Source: a virus
Taxonomy: Duplodnaviria; Caudoviricetes
Reading direction: 5' to 3' (one strand)
Virus record (IMG/VR): IMGVR_UViG_3300006921_000012
Location: 1,646-65,645 of that record
DNA: 64,000 nucleotides
Position 1 is the first letter of the stretch. Each line of letters starts with the position of its first letter. Positions 9,064 through 17,638 of this stretch are shown here, piece after piece. The translations under genes were made by a program, and so were the position numbers. The notes beneath the pieces were generated by a model. That model was not told the DNA's origin and ran no database searches. It saw nothing but the letters and a program-made list of their open reading frames with translations.

Positions 9064-9092
9064 AGAGTAAGGTAATTTATATGACTTGTCAA
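9064..9092 (-). promoter_or_regulatory. Sigma70-like promoter TTGACA-N17-TACTCT
   Basis: Perfect -35 hexamer, 17-nt spacer, TAnnnT -10 element, upstream of the gene starting at 9044. Confidence 0.45.
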
Positions 9093-9556
9093 GATTTTAA
9101 ATTAATTTCTAACATTTTATACATTTCTGTGTAGATATCTAATTCAGATTTTGTTTTCCGAGCAGCTGGTGAAAACAAGTCCTTAAAAAAGTCCTCTACT
9201 TTTTTTATAATTATAGGACTTGGTTCTTTATAAAACGTATCGTAGAAAAAAGTCCAAAAATACTCATAATGATTACCTTCTCTATTAAAATATATACTTT
9301 CTTTCTCAAAATTACTTATAACTCGTTCCCAACACCAATTAAAGTGGTTCTGTTGGTCTTCTAAATTTTTTATAACATCTTCTCCCAAATAAGTTTTATT
9401 AACTAACACATATAAAGAATTAATGAAATCAAAAAACACACTAGATAGTTCTAAAGTTAAACCATGTGCTTTTATCCATAGGTCAATATCATCTTGACTC
9501 ATTGGTTCTCTAATGTATTTGAGAAATTCGTGGGGTGTATATCTTTTTCCTTCCAT
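9089..9556 (-). CDS. Hypothetical protein
   Basis: Helical protein with TYLG...HFNWCW...F.KE.IYF motif; ATG at 9556 preferred over the TTG at 9562. Confidence 0.7.
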   Translation of the reverse strand: MEGKRYTPHEFLKYIREPMSQDDIDLWIKAHGLTLELSSVFFDFINSLYVLVNKTYLGEDVIKNLEDQQNHFNWCWERVISNFEKESIYFNREGNHYEYFWTFFYDTFYKEPSPIIIKKVEDFFKDLFSPAARKTKSELDIYTEMYKMLEINLKS

Positions 9557-9722
9557 ATCCAAATTATAATAAAGATTATGAAGGAATAAAGAATTATTGA
9601 GTTTTCTTATTATAATTAAATAAGTGTTTCATACTGTCCATGTCTGTCTTTATACTTTCACTTACAACTACAACTACTTCTTCCTCAGAATCGTCACCAT
9701 CTAGATTTCGGTCTTTTAATAA

Positions 9723-10643
9723 TCAACTAGTAATTCTTTCTTCTTCACCATCCTCACTAGCGTCATCATCCGAATTCCAACCCAAACTTACGTTAGGGTC
9801 TGTATCACCTTCTAAAGATTTAACGTTAGTTAAATCAGGACCTGGACCTAATTCTGCATCATTCATCACATCTAAATCCGCCTCATAATCAAAATCAGCT
9901 CCTGGATTATCACTTAATGCACTTACATCAATGTCTCCACCCAATCCAATATCACCACCTAAGGAAATATCTCCAGATAGAGGAAGTTTTATTTCCAATT
10001 CGTCTAATTTGTTTTCACTTTCTGGAATAAAGTTTGGATTACGGTGATGTGCCCAATCGTTAGGAATTGCGTCTCCAGCTGCACCTTGTAGGTCTTTATG
10101 TTTTTTCTTCATTGTTTTCTTGATTTTCTCACCTAACTTAGAAGGTACTACATTTGCAACTTGTTGTCCGTCTGAACCTTTACCATCATTATTACCTGTT
10201 TCTATTGACCCGTCCAAATATTGACTAAATCTTTTTTTGAATTCGTCACTAGGTTCTGTCTGATATTGTAGGTCCTCCATTCCTCCACCTCTCCATTCAT
10301 CTACATACTCATCTTGTTTACTGTTATTCCTATACATTGGAGACTCGTAGTCTGTTTTGGAATTATTTTGGTGTGGAAATTCAGGATTACTATTATCTTT
10401 AATAGATAAATAATCTTTAATTTTCTTCATTATAGCGTCAACACCTGATTTGTTATCTTTACCAGCTTGTTTTAAAACTTTATTAGTAACTGCAAGTCCT
10501 GGGATTTGCTTATTAGATACCGCTTCTTTTAGTCTATCTTTTAAATTTCCAATAGTCATCTCTCTTTTAATATCCTCACTAACTAATTTTTCCACACTAT
10601 TTTGTAGTGTTGGTTCTGTATTTTTAGATTTTTGTTTTGCCAT
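9723..10643 (-). CDS. Acidic putative head-internal/structural protein; frame stays open past the TGA to 9594
   Basis: 306 aa to the TGA at 9723-9725, then 42 more sense codons to TAA at 9594; preceded by the ATATTTATA motif. Confidence 0.7.
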   Translation of the reverse strand: MAKQKSKNTEPTLQNSVEKLVSEDIKREMTIGNLKDRLKEAVSNKQIPGLAVTNKVLKQAGKDNKSGVDAIMKKIKDYLSIKDNSNPEFPHQNNSKTDYESPMYRNNSKQDEYVDEWRGGGMEDLQYQTEPSDEFKKRFSQYLDGSIETGNNDGKGSDGQQVANVVPSKLGEKIKKTMKKKHKDLQGAAGDAIPNDWAHHRNPNFIPESENKLDELEIKLPLSGDISLGGDIGLGGDIDVSALSDNPGADFDYEADLDVMNDAELGPGPDLTNVKSLEGDTDPNVSLGWNSDDDASEDGEEERITS

Positions 10644-10657
10644 AATTTCTTTTTTTA

Positions 10658-10666
10658 TATAAATAT
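10658..10666 (-). promoter_or_regulatory. Putative late-promoter motif ATATTTATA
   Basis: 14 nt upstream of the ATG at 10643. Confidence 0.55.
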
Positions 10667-10673
10667 ATCGTTA

Positions 10674-11561
10674 TTACTCATATTTTGGTTTATTTCCGGA
10701 CATACTAAACATTTTTCCTATTGGTAAATCCATCTTTGCAACACCTACAATCCCAGCTTTAGGGTCCGTCACAGGTGATTTATAAAAACTTCTGGTTATC
10801 ATTTCTTCCAACTCTTCTTTTGTTACCCGTATTTTTTTATTCTTTTTTTCTGAGTTTCTTGCTCTTTCTTCTGCTGTATCTCTTAATTTTTTTCCTAAAT
10901 TACTATCTTCCATAGCTTCCATAATAACCTTTGCTACATAAGATTTAGATTTACCTAACTTCTTAGAGACTCTTTCAATACTTTCAACTAATTTATCTTC
11001 TTCATAGAACTGTAAAGCGTTGATGTCCCCCTGATTACAATAAGGGAATTTTTTACATTTATCTTTAACTTTTACATATGTAGCTCCTGGTCCACCATAC
11101 TTAGGGAAATTTTTATCAGAGACTGCTCTCCAATTTTTATTATTTTTTGCCCAAATTGCTGGTTGTGAGTATGCTCCTGAGGATGAAGCTCCTGTTTCTT
11201 CTCCTAATTCTTCTTCTTCAGATTCTAGTTCTTCTTCCTCTTCTGTCTCTACTAAATGTTTTCTTAATGACTCCTTAATACTATATTCCAAATCGGAATT
11301 TTTTATTTTATCAATTTTATTTACCTTACCCTTACCTTCACTTTCCATTTTACCAAATAAAGGCCCACTATATGAACCAGATGAACTGGCTCCTGTTGCT
11401 TCTTCTACATCTATCTCTTCTTCATCTAATGCAGAATCTAAAACATTTTTTACCTTAAAGTAATTTTTTCCTCTTGCTTCTTTAGATAATGCATCGGATA
11501 TACCGTCATCCATAGTCTTATCAAATCTTTTTTTCATATCACTACCTGTACTTATTTCCAT
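10674..11561 (-). CDS. Acidic hypothetical protein with a duplicated E.TGASSSG.YS.P motif (putative head-associated)
   Basis: Glu-rich tracts, two copies of the motif, and a CKKFPYCNQGD motif. Confidence 0.65.
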   Translation of the reverse strand: MEISTGSDMKKRFDKTMDDGISDALSKEARGKNYFKVKNVLDSALDEEEIDVEEATGASSSGSYSGPLFGKMESEGKGKVNKIDKIKNSDLEYSIKESLRKHLVETEEEEELESEEEELGEETGASSSGAYSQPAIWAKNNKNWRAVSDKNFPKYGGPGATYVKVKDKCKKFPYCNQGDINALQFYEEDKLVESIERVSKKLGKSKSYVAKVIMEAMEDSNLGKKLRDTAEERARNSEKKNKKIRVTKEELEEMITRSFYKSPVTDPKAGIVGVAKMDLPIGKMFSMSGNKPKYE

Positions 11562-11818
11562 TATCGAATATTTTTAATTTGTGAATCCCAGAAACTTCTT
11601 CTTAACCAAAATGTTCTATAAAGTTCGATAAGAACTTTGGTGCTTACATCTACCACTTCAGCTTTATGAGCTTTATTTAATTTACTATTCTTCTTTTTTA
11701 ATTCTGTATCCACCAAGTCAATAACAGTATTTTTAAATGTGGCTTTCTTAAGAAAGTCTTTAATTTCTGCTCTGGAAATTCGTTCGATTTCTAATTTATC
11801 ACTTTTAGTTAATGCCAT
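11561..11818 (-). CDS. Hypothetical protein
   Basis: 85 aa; its stop overlaps the start of the downstream gene. Confidence 0.65.
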   Translation of the reverse strand: MALTKSDKLEIERISRAEIKDFLKKATFKNTVIDLVDTELKKKNSKLNKAHKAEVVDVSTKVLIELYRTFWLRRSFWDSQIKNIR

Positions 11819-11833
11819 TGGTCTAGTTTTATA

Positions 11834-11842
11834 TATAAATAT
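11834..11842 (-). promoter_or_regulatory. Putative late-promoter motif ATATTTATA
   Basis: 15 nt upstream of the ATG at 11818. Confidence 0.55.
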
Positions 11843-11858
11843 AAGGAAGGTGGGATAA

Positions 11859-12263
11859 TTACCTAATTTTATCTAAGACAATTGCTGAGGTAGTAATAGT
11901 TGCAGCTCCTAAGAAAAAATGGATGATTGGTTTGTTGTACCATTTAGGTTTTAACTCCTTAGTTAAGTCAATGTATAAGTCTATTCTTTGATTTAATAAT
12001 ACTGTTTTTTCATTCATGAAGTGTAATTCTAAACTATCTAGTTCATGTAATTTTTTATAGTTGGTGAGTTGATTATTTAATATACTAATCTCAATTTTTT
12101 GTAAACTATCAGTTTGTTCATACACTTGGAATAGTGAATCCATTTTTACCACTTCCTTGTCGGTAAAAACATGGTTTTGAGCTTGTGCTGGTATCGCCAT
12201 GGTTAACATAATGGATACAACAAATGCCCATATTAGAAATTCGTAATAGTTTATTTTTTTCAT
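11859..12263 (-). CDS. Exported coiled-coil protein with C-terminal hydrophobic helix (spanin-like candidate)
   Basis: Likely start MKKINYY at 12263; signal peptide ending AQA, coiled coil, then KPKWY and a hydrophobic C-terminus. Confidence 0.5.
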   Translation of the reverse strand: MKKINYYEFLIWAFVVSIMLTMAIPAQAQNHVFTDKEVVKMDSLFQVYEQTDSLQKIEISILNNQLTNYKKLHELDSLELHFMNEKTVLLNQRIDLYIDLTKELKPKWYNKPIIHFFLGAATITTSAIVLDKIR

Positions 12264-12274
12264 AATTCTATATT

Positions 12275-12664
12275 TTATAAAGATGCAGTTACCTCGTCTG
12301 CTATCAGTCCTGCAAGGTCTAGACCTTTCTTTTCTACACACCCTTTAAAGTCAAGTGCTTTATCTGCAACAAAAGTTATAAGCTTCTCAGCTTTTTCTGA
12401 ATCATCACCCAAAGCTACATCTTTGACTGCTTCACCACAATTAGTCAAATGTTTCATCATACTATCATCTTGCATTCCACTTGCTATCATAAATTGTACA
12501 CATGGAAAAGGAATTTTATCTATGTTCCCTAGACTTTTTACTCCTACTTGAGTTCCACAGTTAGCAAGAATTTTTTCCTGGTCTCTTGTTAGTGTGTCTT
12601 CATTTATCAGTTGGTGTTGTTTTCTTATTGTTTCTTTTGTGTGTTCTGTTAATTTAATTTTCAT
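12275..12664 (-). CDS. Hypothetical protein with MKIKLTE..LINE N-terminus
   Basis: 129 aa, four Cys. Confidence 0.65.
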   Translation of the reverse strand: MKIKLTEHTKETIRKQHQLINEDTLTRDQEKILANCGTQVGVKSLGNIDKIPFPCVQFMIASGMQDDSMMKHLTNCGEAVKDVALGDDSEKAEKLITFVADKALDFKGCVEKKGLDLAGLIADEVTASL

Positions 12665-12694
12665 AATTTTATTTTTATTATAAAAGTTTATTGT

Positions 12695-13297
12695 TTATGT
12701 TATCTTCTTTCCCTTTAGTTCCTCAATAAAAGGTTGTATGTCTATCTCTTTATTTTTTAACTCTGACTTTGCAGCAGATTCAATACCTGTATTCCATGTA
12801 CCGGCATATCCAGACCAGAAAAGTGTATTTAACCAAAATTTTACATAATTGTTTTTAAAATATAATTTCGCAAATACAGCGTTAAGGTAATTACTAGAAC
12901 TTGCGGTTAAGTCTGTTAAAGTAAGAATTAATTTCCCATCTATTACTTTAAACATAAATTCTAAATCACCATATATATTCCATCCACCCCTTTCTATATT
13001 ACTATCTATAAATCCCGTAAATTCTCCTTTTGCTACGTTCCAATCTCCTTCAGCTCTTTCAATATTAGTAATTGTTACAGTTTTTAATTTTCCTACCACT
13101 TCAATCCAAGGGTCTGGAACATAATCTATTTCTGCATAACCGGCATGTTTATAAGAGAAGGGTAGTTCTTTTTTTATTCCGTCATTTAATTGTTTTAATA
13201 AACTTTGTTTAAGTTTTTTATCACTATTCCACAATCTATTAATTTGGTCCCACATTCCTCCAGTAATACTAAAACCTTCAGTTATAAGATTTTTCAT
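12695..13297 (-). CDS. Hypothetical protein with MKNLITE N-terminus
   Basis: 200 aa, beta-strand-like composition. Confidence 0.7.
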   Translation of the reverse strand: MKNLITEGFSITGGMWDQINRLWNSDKKLKQSLLKQLNDGIKKELPFSYKHAGYAEIDYVPDPWIEVVGKLKTVTITNIERAEGDWNVAKGEFTGFIDSNIERGGWNIYGDLEFMFKVIDGKLILTLTDLTASSSNYLNAVFAKLYFKNNYVKFWLNTLFWSGYAGTWNTGIESAAKSELKNKEIDIQPFIEELKGKKIT

Positions 13298-13303
13298 GAC
13301 TTT

Positions 13304-13618
13304 TTACTTTTTTAACCTATTTTTTAAAGAAGTGGTTGCTTGTTTACCTGTTCTTTTTTTAACTTTAGGTTTTTTCTTTTTTATTTTTTTAAGGTCTTGA
13401 TTAGTTTTATTTATCTTCTTCTTAGTAGATTGTTTTTCTTTTTGGATATTCTCTATCTTCTTATCTACCTCTTTTGTTTTTCTTTGATTAGATTTTATAT
13501 TCTTTTTTATCTTTTTAACTTTCTTACTAGAGTTTGAGTTCATAAACCATACAAGTCCTACGAAGAACCCTATAACCCCTAAAATCCATTTCCAAGTTTT
13601 TTTAATGTAATCTATCAT
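13304..13618 (-). CDS. N-anchored Lys-rich coiled-coil membrane protein (i-spanin-like candidate)
   Basis: TM WILGVIGFFVGLVWF followed by a highly basic coiled coil; close to the amidase gene. Confidence 0.5.
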   Translation of the reverse strand: MIDYIKKTWKWILGVIGFFVGLVWFMNSNSSKKVKKIKKNIKSNQRKTKEVDKKIENIQKEKQSTKKKINKTNQDLKKIKKKKPKVKKRTGKQATTSLKNRLKK

Positions 13619-13621
13619 CTT

Positions 13622-14185
13622 TTATAATTCTTCTCCTGGTTGTTCTTCTTCGGTCTTTTTTCTATCTGCAAGGACACTAGCCCATTTTGTAGAAAAGACA
13701 TCATAGTAACTTCTTAATTTATCTAACATCTCAACATAATCATCATTTATCTTCATCATTGTACCGTTAATATATACACCGTTAGTTTCACCCACTGCAT
13801 AATAAAATTCTAAATCAAATCTTATTAAACTTCCTGACCATTCAATATTATTTTTATATATGTTTAATACATTAAAATCTACTAGGTCTTCTACTTGTTC
13901 TACAAATCCGTCCATTGTTTCTTGAAATGCTGATTTTTCTTCACCGGTTAACACCAAGTCTTTTTCCTGGGTTCCATGCACAATAATCTTACCACCACTT
14001 ATGGTGTATTCTTTTCTTTTTTCCTCTTTTCTTTTTCTTTCTTGAAATTCATCGGTTTGTACCTCTTCGGTATCAGTGGTAACATCTTCTACTTGTTCAT
14101 GTAACATACGTGATAGCCCTAGAAAACTTTTCATGTCATCATAAGCTAAGTCAGATAACTCTCCTTTTTTAATTATTTTTTTCAT
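13622..14185 (-). CDS. Acidic hypothetical protein
   Basis: 187 aa, overlaps the amidase stop. Confidence 0.7.
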   Translation of the reverse strand: MKKIIKKGELSDLAYDDMKSFLGLSRMLHEQVEDVTTDTEEVQTDEFQERKRKEEKRKEYTISGGKIIVHGTQEKDLVLTGEEKSAFQETMDGFVEQVEDLVDFNVLNIYKNNIEWSGSLIRFDLEFYYAVGETNGVYINGTMMKINDDYVEMLDKLRSYYDVFSTKWASVLADRKKTEEEQPGEEL

Positions 14186-14783
14186 ATCCTATTCTTTCTA
14201 TTAACTCTTCAAAATCAAAAGCTGGACTGATATCGGTCCAGAAATTATTATAGTTGCTTCTACTTACAACTCCTTTAAACTTATCTACACTCTCTATTTT
14301 CACATTGTGTCCAGTATATTCTAATTCCACACCTAATTCTCTATTTAAATGTACTATTAACTCCGCACAAGACTCTAATTGTTCAGGAGTATAACTAGCC
14401 CAAAATAGATGTCCTCTCCATTTTTTTCTAAACACTTCTCCTTTATAAATATCACCAATCCAGTTGACGTATGTATTTAGTGAAGGTTTTCTTTTTAACC
14501 AACCTAAATTTTCTAGAATAATAAAAATACTTTTAGTGTCCACCTCCTCTTTACCAAAAAATTCCGAAGTAGTGTGAGGTGGTATTATATCTACAACCCT
14601 CCCTTCTTTAGTTATCATATAATGAGGAATCTTAGTGTAATCTCCATCCATTCTATATTTGAGACTTCTATAATAATTAGAAGCATCTCTTCCTGTATGA
14701 CACAAAATAATCTGTGTTTTAGGTTTGTCTACCACAACATTATAAAACTTATTACTATCTATTTGTTCGTCTGTCTCTATCAT
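14169..14783 (-). CDS. N-acetylmuramoyl-L-alanine amidase (Amidase_2/PGRP-like), putative endolysin
   Basis: IILCHT, PHYMITKEG, SIFIILENLG, YTPEQL and DISPAFD motifs. Confidence 0.75.
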   Translation of the reverse strand: MIETDEQIDSNKFYNVVVDKPKTQIILCHTGRDASNYYRSLKYRMDGDYTKIPHYMITKEGRVVDIIPPHTTSEFFGKEEVDTKSIFIILENLGWLKRKPSLNTYVNWIGDIYKGEVFRKKWRGHLFWASYTPEQLESCAELIVHLNRELGVELEYTGHNVKIESVDKFKGVVSRSNYNNFWTDISPAFDFEELIERIGYEKNN

Positions 14784-16099
14784 TTTCTCTTTCTATATCT
14801 TAATACTTTCTTAAAAGGTACGTTCTCTTCTGGAGAATTTAAACCTTTCTCTTTACCTAATTCCTCCAACCACTCATCCATTGCGTCATCTTCTTGGAAG
14901 GCTTCTATGACATCTTTAATCCTTTCTTGTTCATCTTTTTTAGGTTCTTCTTCTACTACTAGTGTTTGTGTGGTGTCTGTCATTCTTTCTAAATCACCAA
15001 AGTAATCTTCCTCCTCTGTAGGTTGGTCTAGTGGATTTTTCCTACCTGTTAATTCTTTATAGTAAGGATTTATCTCACCTGTTTGAGGGTCGTAAATTGG
15101 TATTTCAAAAGGAGGATTTTCTGGTAGTGGTCTCTCTTCATCATAATGTAATCCATCATTACCATTTTGACCTATGATATTCATTCGTTTTTCAGATTCT
15201 TCTTCTTTTAATCTTTTCTGGTTCTCTTCTACTCTCTTTTTTAATTCTTTACTTGGTTTTTCTTCTGTTATTAATATAACATTCTCTTCTTCTCGTTTGG
15301 GGTTGATTTGAGCAAATGCGAAGTTAGCTGCCACAACTAGTGCAATTGCCAATGGGTCAAAAACAAATATAATAAGTAATAAGAACCAATTAACCACTTG
15401 TCCCATGGGTTGTCCGGTAGTCTCTGACAAATATTTTAATGGACCTAGTTCTCTTTGTTCTTCATTACCTATTTCTAACTCTAGTAGTTCCCCATCAAGT
15501 CTCATTATAGAATCTTGCACCGCCTCTAGTTTTAAATTAATACCATTCCTATCAATAATTGTGGTTTCTAATTCTTTTTGTAATGCTCGTCTAGTAGATG
15601 AGGAGGTAGTGGTAATTACCTGTTCTGCTTCTTTATCATAATAAGATACAGATGCAGGGTTTGATAATGATTTTCTTAAATCTGAGATGGTTTGATTTAA
15701 TTGAGTCTTTTCAATATTCAAATCTTCTTTGTTTTCTTCAAATCTATTTTGTTTGGTTTGTAATACAAGTAATGATTTATCTAGGAATTCTGATTTGGTT
15801 GCTGTTTCCTGGTATGCTCCAGATAAGAATCCATATATACCACCTGAGGTTATTACCATAAGAATGAAACATGCTATCATTAGATAACCTTTCAACCATT
15901 TATTTATGGTACCCCAGTATTGATATAGGAGGGACGCTACCACTAGTTTAGCAAATTCTAAAGAACCTGCCATTATTATTACTTGAGTACTAGCTCCAGC
16001 GAATAGTTTACTAAGTCCGAATACCGAATAAAATGCTGCAGACCCTGAAACAGATAACGCAGATAACGCTATTAAGAAAGGAAAAAATCTTTTTTTCAT
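14780..16099 (-). CDS. Multi-TM membrane protein with long coiled coil and acidic tail (DUF4407-like)
   Basis: Three N-terminal TMs (SAAFYSVFGL, LEFAKLV, TSGGIYGFLS), coiled coil, ELGPLKYL, then a TM with VFDPLA. Confidence 0.7.
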   Translation of the reverse strand: MKKRFFPFLIALSALSVSGSAAFYSVFGLSKLFAGASTQVIIMAGSLEFAKLVVASLLYQYWGTINKWLKGYLMIACFILMVITSGGIYGFLSGAYQETATKSEFLDKSLLVLQTKQNRFEENKEDLNIEKTQLNQTISDLRKSLSNPASVSYYDKEAEQVITTTSSSTRRALQKELETTIIDRNGINLKLEAVQDSIMRLDGELLELEIGNEEQRELGPLKYLSETTGQPMGQVVNWFLLLIIFVFDPLAIALVVAANFAFAQINPKREEENVILITEEKPSKELKKRVEENQKRLKEEESEKRMNIIGQNGNDGLHYDEERPLPENPPFEIPIYDPQTGEINPYYKELTGRKNPLDQPTEEEDYFGDLERMTDTTQTLVVEEEPKKDEQERIKDVIEAFQEDDAMDEWLEELGKEKGLNSPEENVPFKKVLRYRKRK

Positions 16100-16114
16100 A
16101 AAAAATCGTTTATT

Positions 16115-16123
16115 AATAAATAT
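16115..16123 (-). promoter_or_regulatory. Putative late-promoter motif ATATTTATT
   Basis: 15 nt upstream of the ATG at 16099. Confidence 0.5.
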
Positions 16124-16923
16124 TAACGACTCATATAGTCTAACAGCCCTTCACTCTCATTTCTTAATTTTCTTAAAGCTTTTTCTTTAATTTGTCTAAC
16201 TCTTTCCTTTGTTAGACCAAAATCTTCCCCAATTTTAGCTAAAGTCTTTGGGTATCCTACCAATCCAAAATACTCTTTTACAATAATAGCTTCTCTTTCA
16301 TCTAAAACTGACATTGTTTCAATTAATTCTCTCTTTAATGCACCCATATCATAAAATTGTGCATCTGGTGAATCAGCTTCTTCGTTTGGTATGAGTTCTA
16401 GTAATGTGTCTCCATCTTCATTAATTGGTTTACTTAAATTAAGTGTAGTTGGTAGGTTTTGTAACTTTTTACTTAATTTAACTTCGTCGTTTTTGGCCTC
16501 TTTTTTCGCTTTATGTAATTCCTGAATAACATTTGCTGGGAATCTAATAGTTCTTGCGTTATCATTTAAAGATTGGAGTATAGACTGTCTAATCCACCAC
16601 ACAGCGTAAGATATGAATCGGAAACCTCTTTCCCACTCAAAACTCTTAATTGCCTTTAATAAACCAAGATTTCCCTCAGCTATAAGGTCTGGTAAATCTA
16701 AACCTTGGTTTTGATAATCTTTTGCTACACTTATAACAAATCTAAGATTTCCTTCTAATAATTCTTTATGAATTGCTTTTAATTCACTTTCAGAAACATC
16801 TCCCGAGAGTATTTTATCAGCTAACTCTTTTTCTCGTTCTTTAGTAAGGACAGTGGATTTTCTAACGTCTTTTAAGTAGTGTTGTATTTCTTGTTGGTTG
16901 ATGAAAATGTTATTTTTTGGCAT
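16123..16923 (-). CDS. RNA polymerase sigma-70 factor, RpoD/SigA-like, lacking region 1.1
   Basis: NLRFVISVAK.YQNQGL...DLIAEGNLGL, FRFISYAVWWIRQSI and region 4 TL..IG..FGLTKERVRQIKEKALRKL. Confidence 0.92.
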   Translation of the reverse strand: MPKNNIFINQQEIQHYLKDVRKSTVLTKEREKELADKILSGDVSESELKAIHKELLEGNLRFVISVAKDYQNQGLDLPDLIAEGNLGLLKAIKSFEWERGFRFISYAVWWIRQSILQSLNDNARTIRFPANVIQELHKAKKEAKNDEVKLSKKLQNLPTTLNLSKPINEDGDTLLELIPNEEADSPDAQFYDMGALKRELIETMSVLDEREAIIVKEYFGLVGYPKTLAKIGEDFGLTKERVRQIKEKALRKLRNESEGLLDYMSR

Positions 16924-16944
16924 ATTTTTTTATTTTAATATTAT

Positions 16945-16987
16945 ACAAATAGTGTTCCGTTGGTAACTACATGACATTTTGTCATGT
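16945..16987 (-). promoter_or_regulatory. Perfect palindrome plus a sigma54-like -24/-12 element upstream of the sigma gene
   Basis: ACATGACA-ttt-TGTCATGT at 16969-16987; CGGAACACTATTTGT on the minus strand at 16945-16959. Confidence 0.4.
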
Positions 16988-17518
16988 TTTACTCTGATTT
17001 TTTAAAAATTTAAGTTCTGAATCTGTCAATGAGTCCATTCCTTTCTCACTAATCTTATCAAGGATGACATCAAGGTCTAATACAATGTGAGTGTTGGTCT
17101 TTATACGTAATTTAGGTTTATTTTGTTTCGCGTTTTTCCCAATTATATCTTTTATATCTTGTAAATCATCTAAATCGTCTACTAGTAATTTGTCTAAATC
17201 TAGATTAGTTTTTGCTAATAAATGATTCTCTAGTGATTCATCCATACGGGATGAAAATTTTGACGGTTTTGGCAATAAAATACAAACATCAATAATTTGG
17301 TCTAATTCTTCCATCACATATTCACTCATACTTTTAAATTCTTCTTCGCTTTGAAATATGCAAATTAAGGATGTGTCGGAATGGATATATCTCATTGTAC
17401 CAAAATCTGCAGTAACAGGACTTAGAACTTCTACAATCTCTTTTATTATATCATTTATATTGTCCCAATAACCCAAAGCGAATAACATATATTGTTTTTT
17501 CTTTCTATTTTTTGCCAT
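16982..17518 (-). CDS. Hypothetical protein with a C-terminal DUF6576-like motif
   Basis: C-terminal LD.ILDKIS.KG..SLT..E..FL. Confidence 0.65.
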   Translation of the reverse strand: MAKNRKKKQYMLFALGYWDNINDIIKEIVEVLSPVTADFGTMRYIHSDTSLICIFQSEEEFKSMSEYVMEELDQIIDVCILLPKPSKFSSRMDESLENHLLAKTNLDLDKLLVDDLDDLQDIKDIIGKNAKQNKPKLRIKTNTHIVLDLDVILDKISEKGMDSLTDSELKFLKNQSKT

Positions 17519-17538
17519 ATAATTTTATTTTAATACTA

Positions 17539-17570
17539 CAAAGATACACATTTTTCTATTTACCACCAAA
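17539..17570 (-). promoter_or_regulatory. Bacteroidota primary-sigma promoter TTTG-N20-TATCTTTG
   Basis: Matches the established -33 TTTG / -7 TAnnTTTG consensus with a 20-nt spacer, upstream of the ATG at 17518. Confidence 0.6.
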
Positions 17571-17615
17571 CAAATACCAAGTAAAATAACACTCTACATT
17601 TTATACACCATAGAT

Positions 17616-17624
17616 ATATTTATT
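17616..17624 (+). promoter_or_regulatory. Putative late-promoter motif ATATTTATT
   Basis: 14 nt upstream of the plus-strand ATG at 17639; orientation follows the gene. Confidence 0.55.
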
Positions 17625-17638
17625 AATAAACAAGAATT

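Noticed and set aside
9723-9725. Selenocysteine at the in-frame TGA
   Set aside because: Low-complexity acidic context, no redox motif and no evident SECIS-like hairpin downstream.
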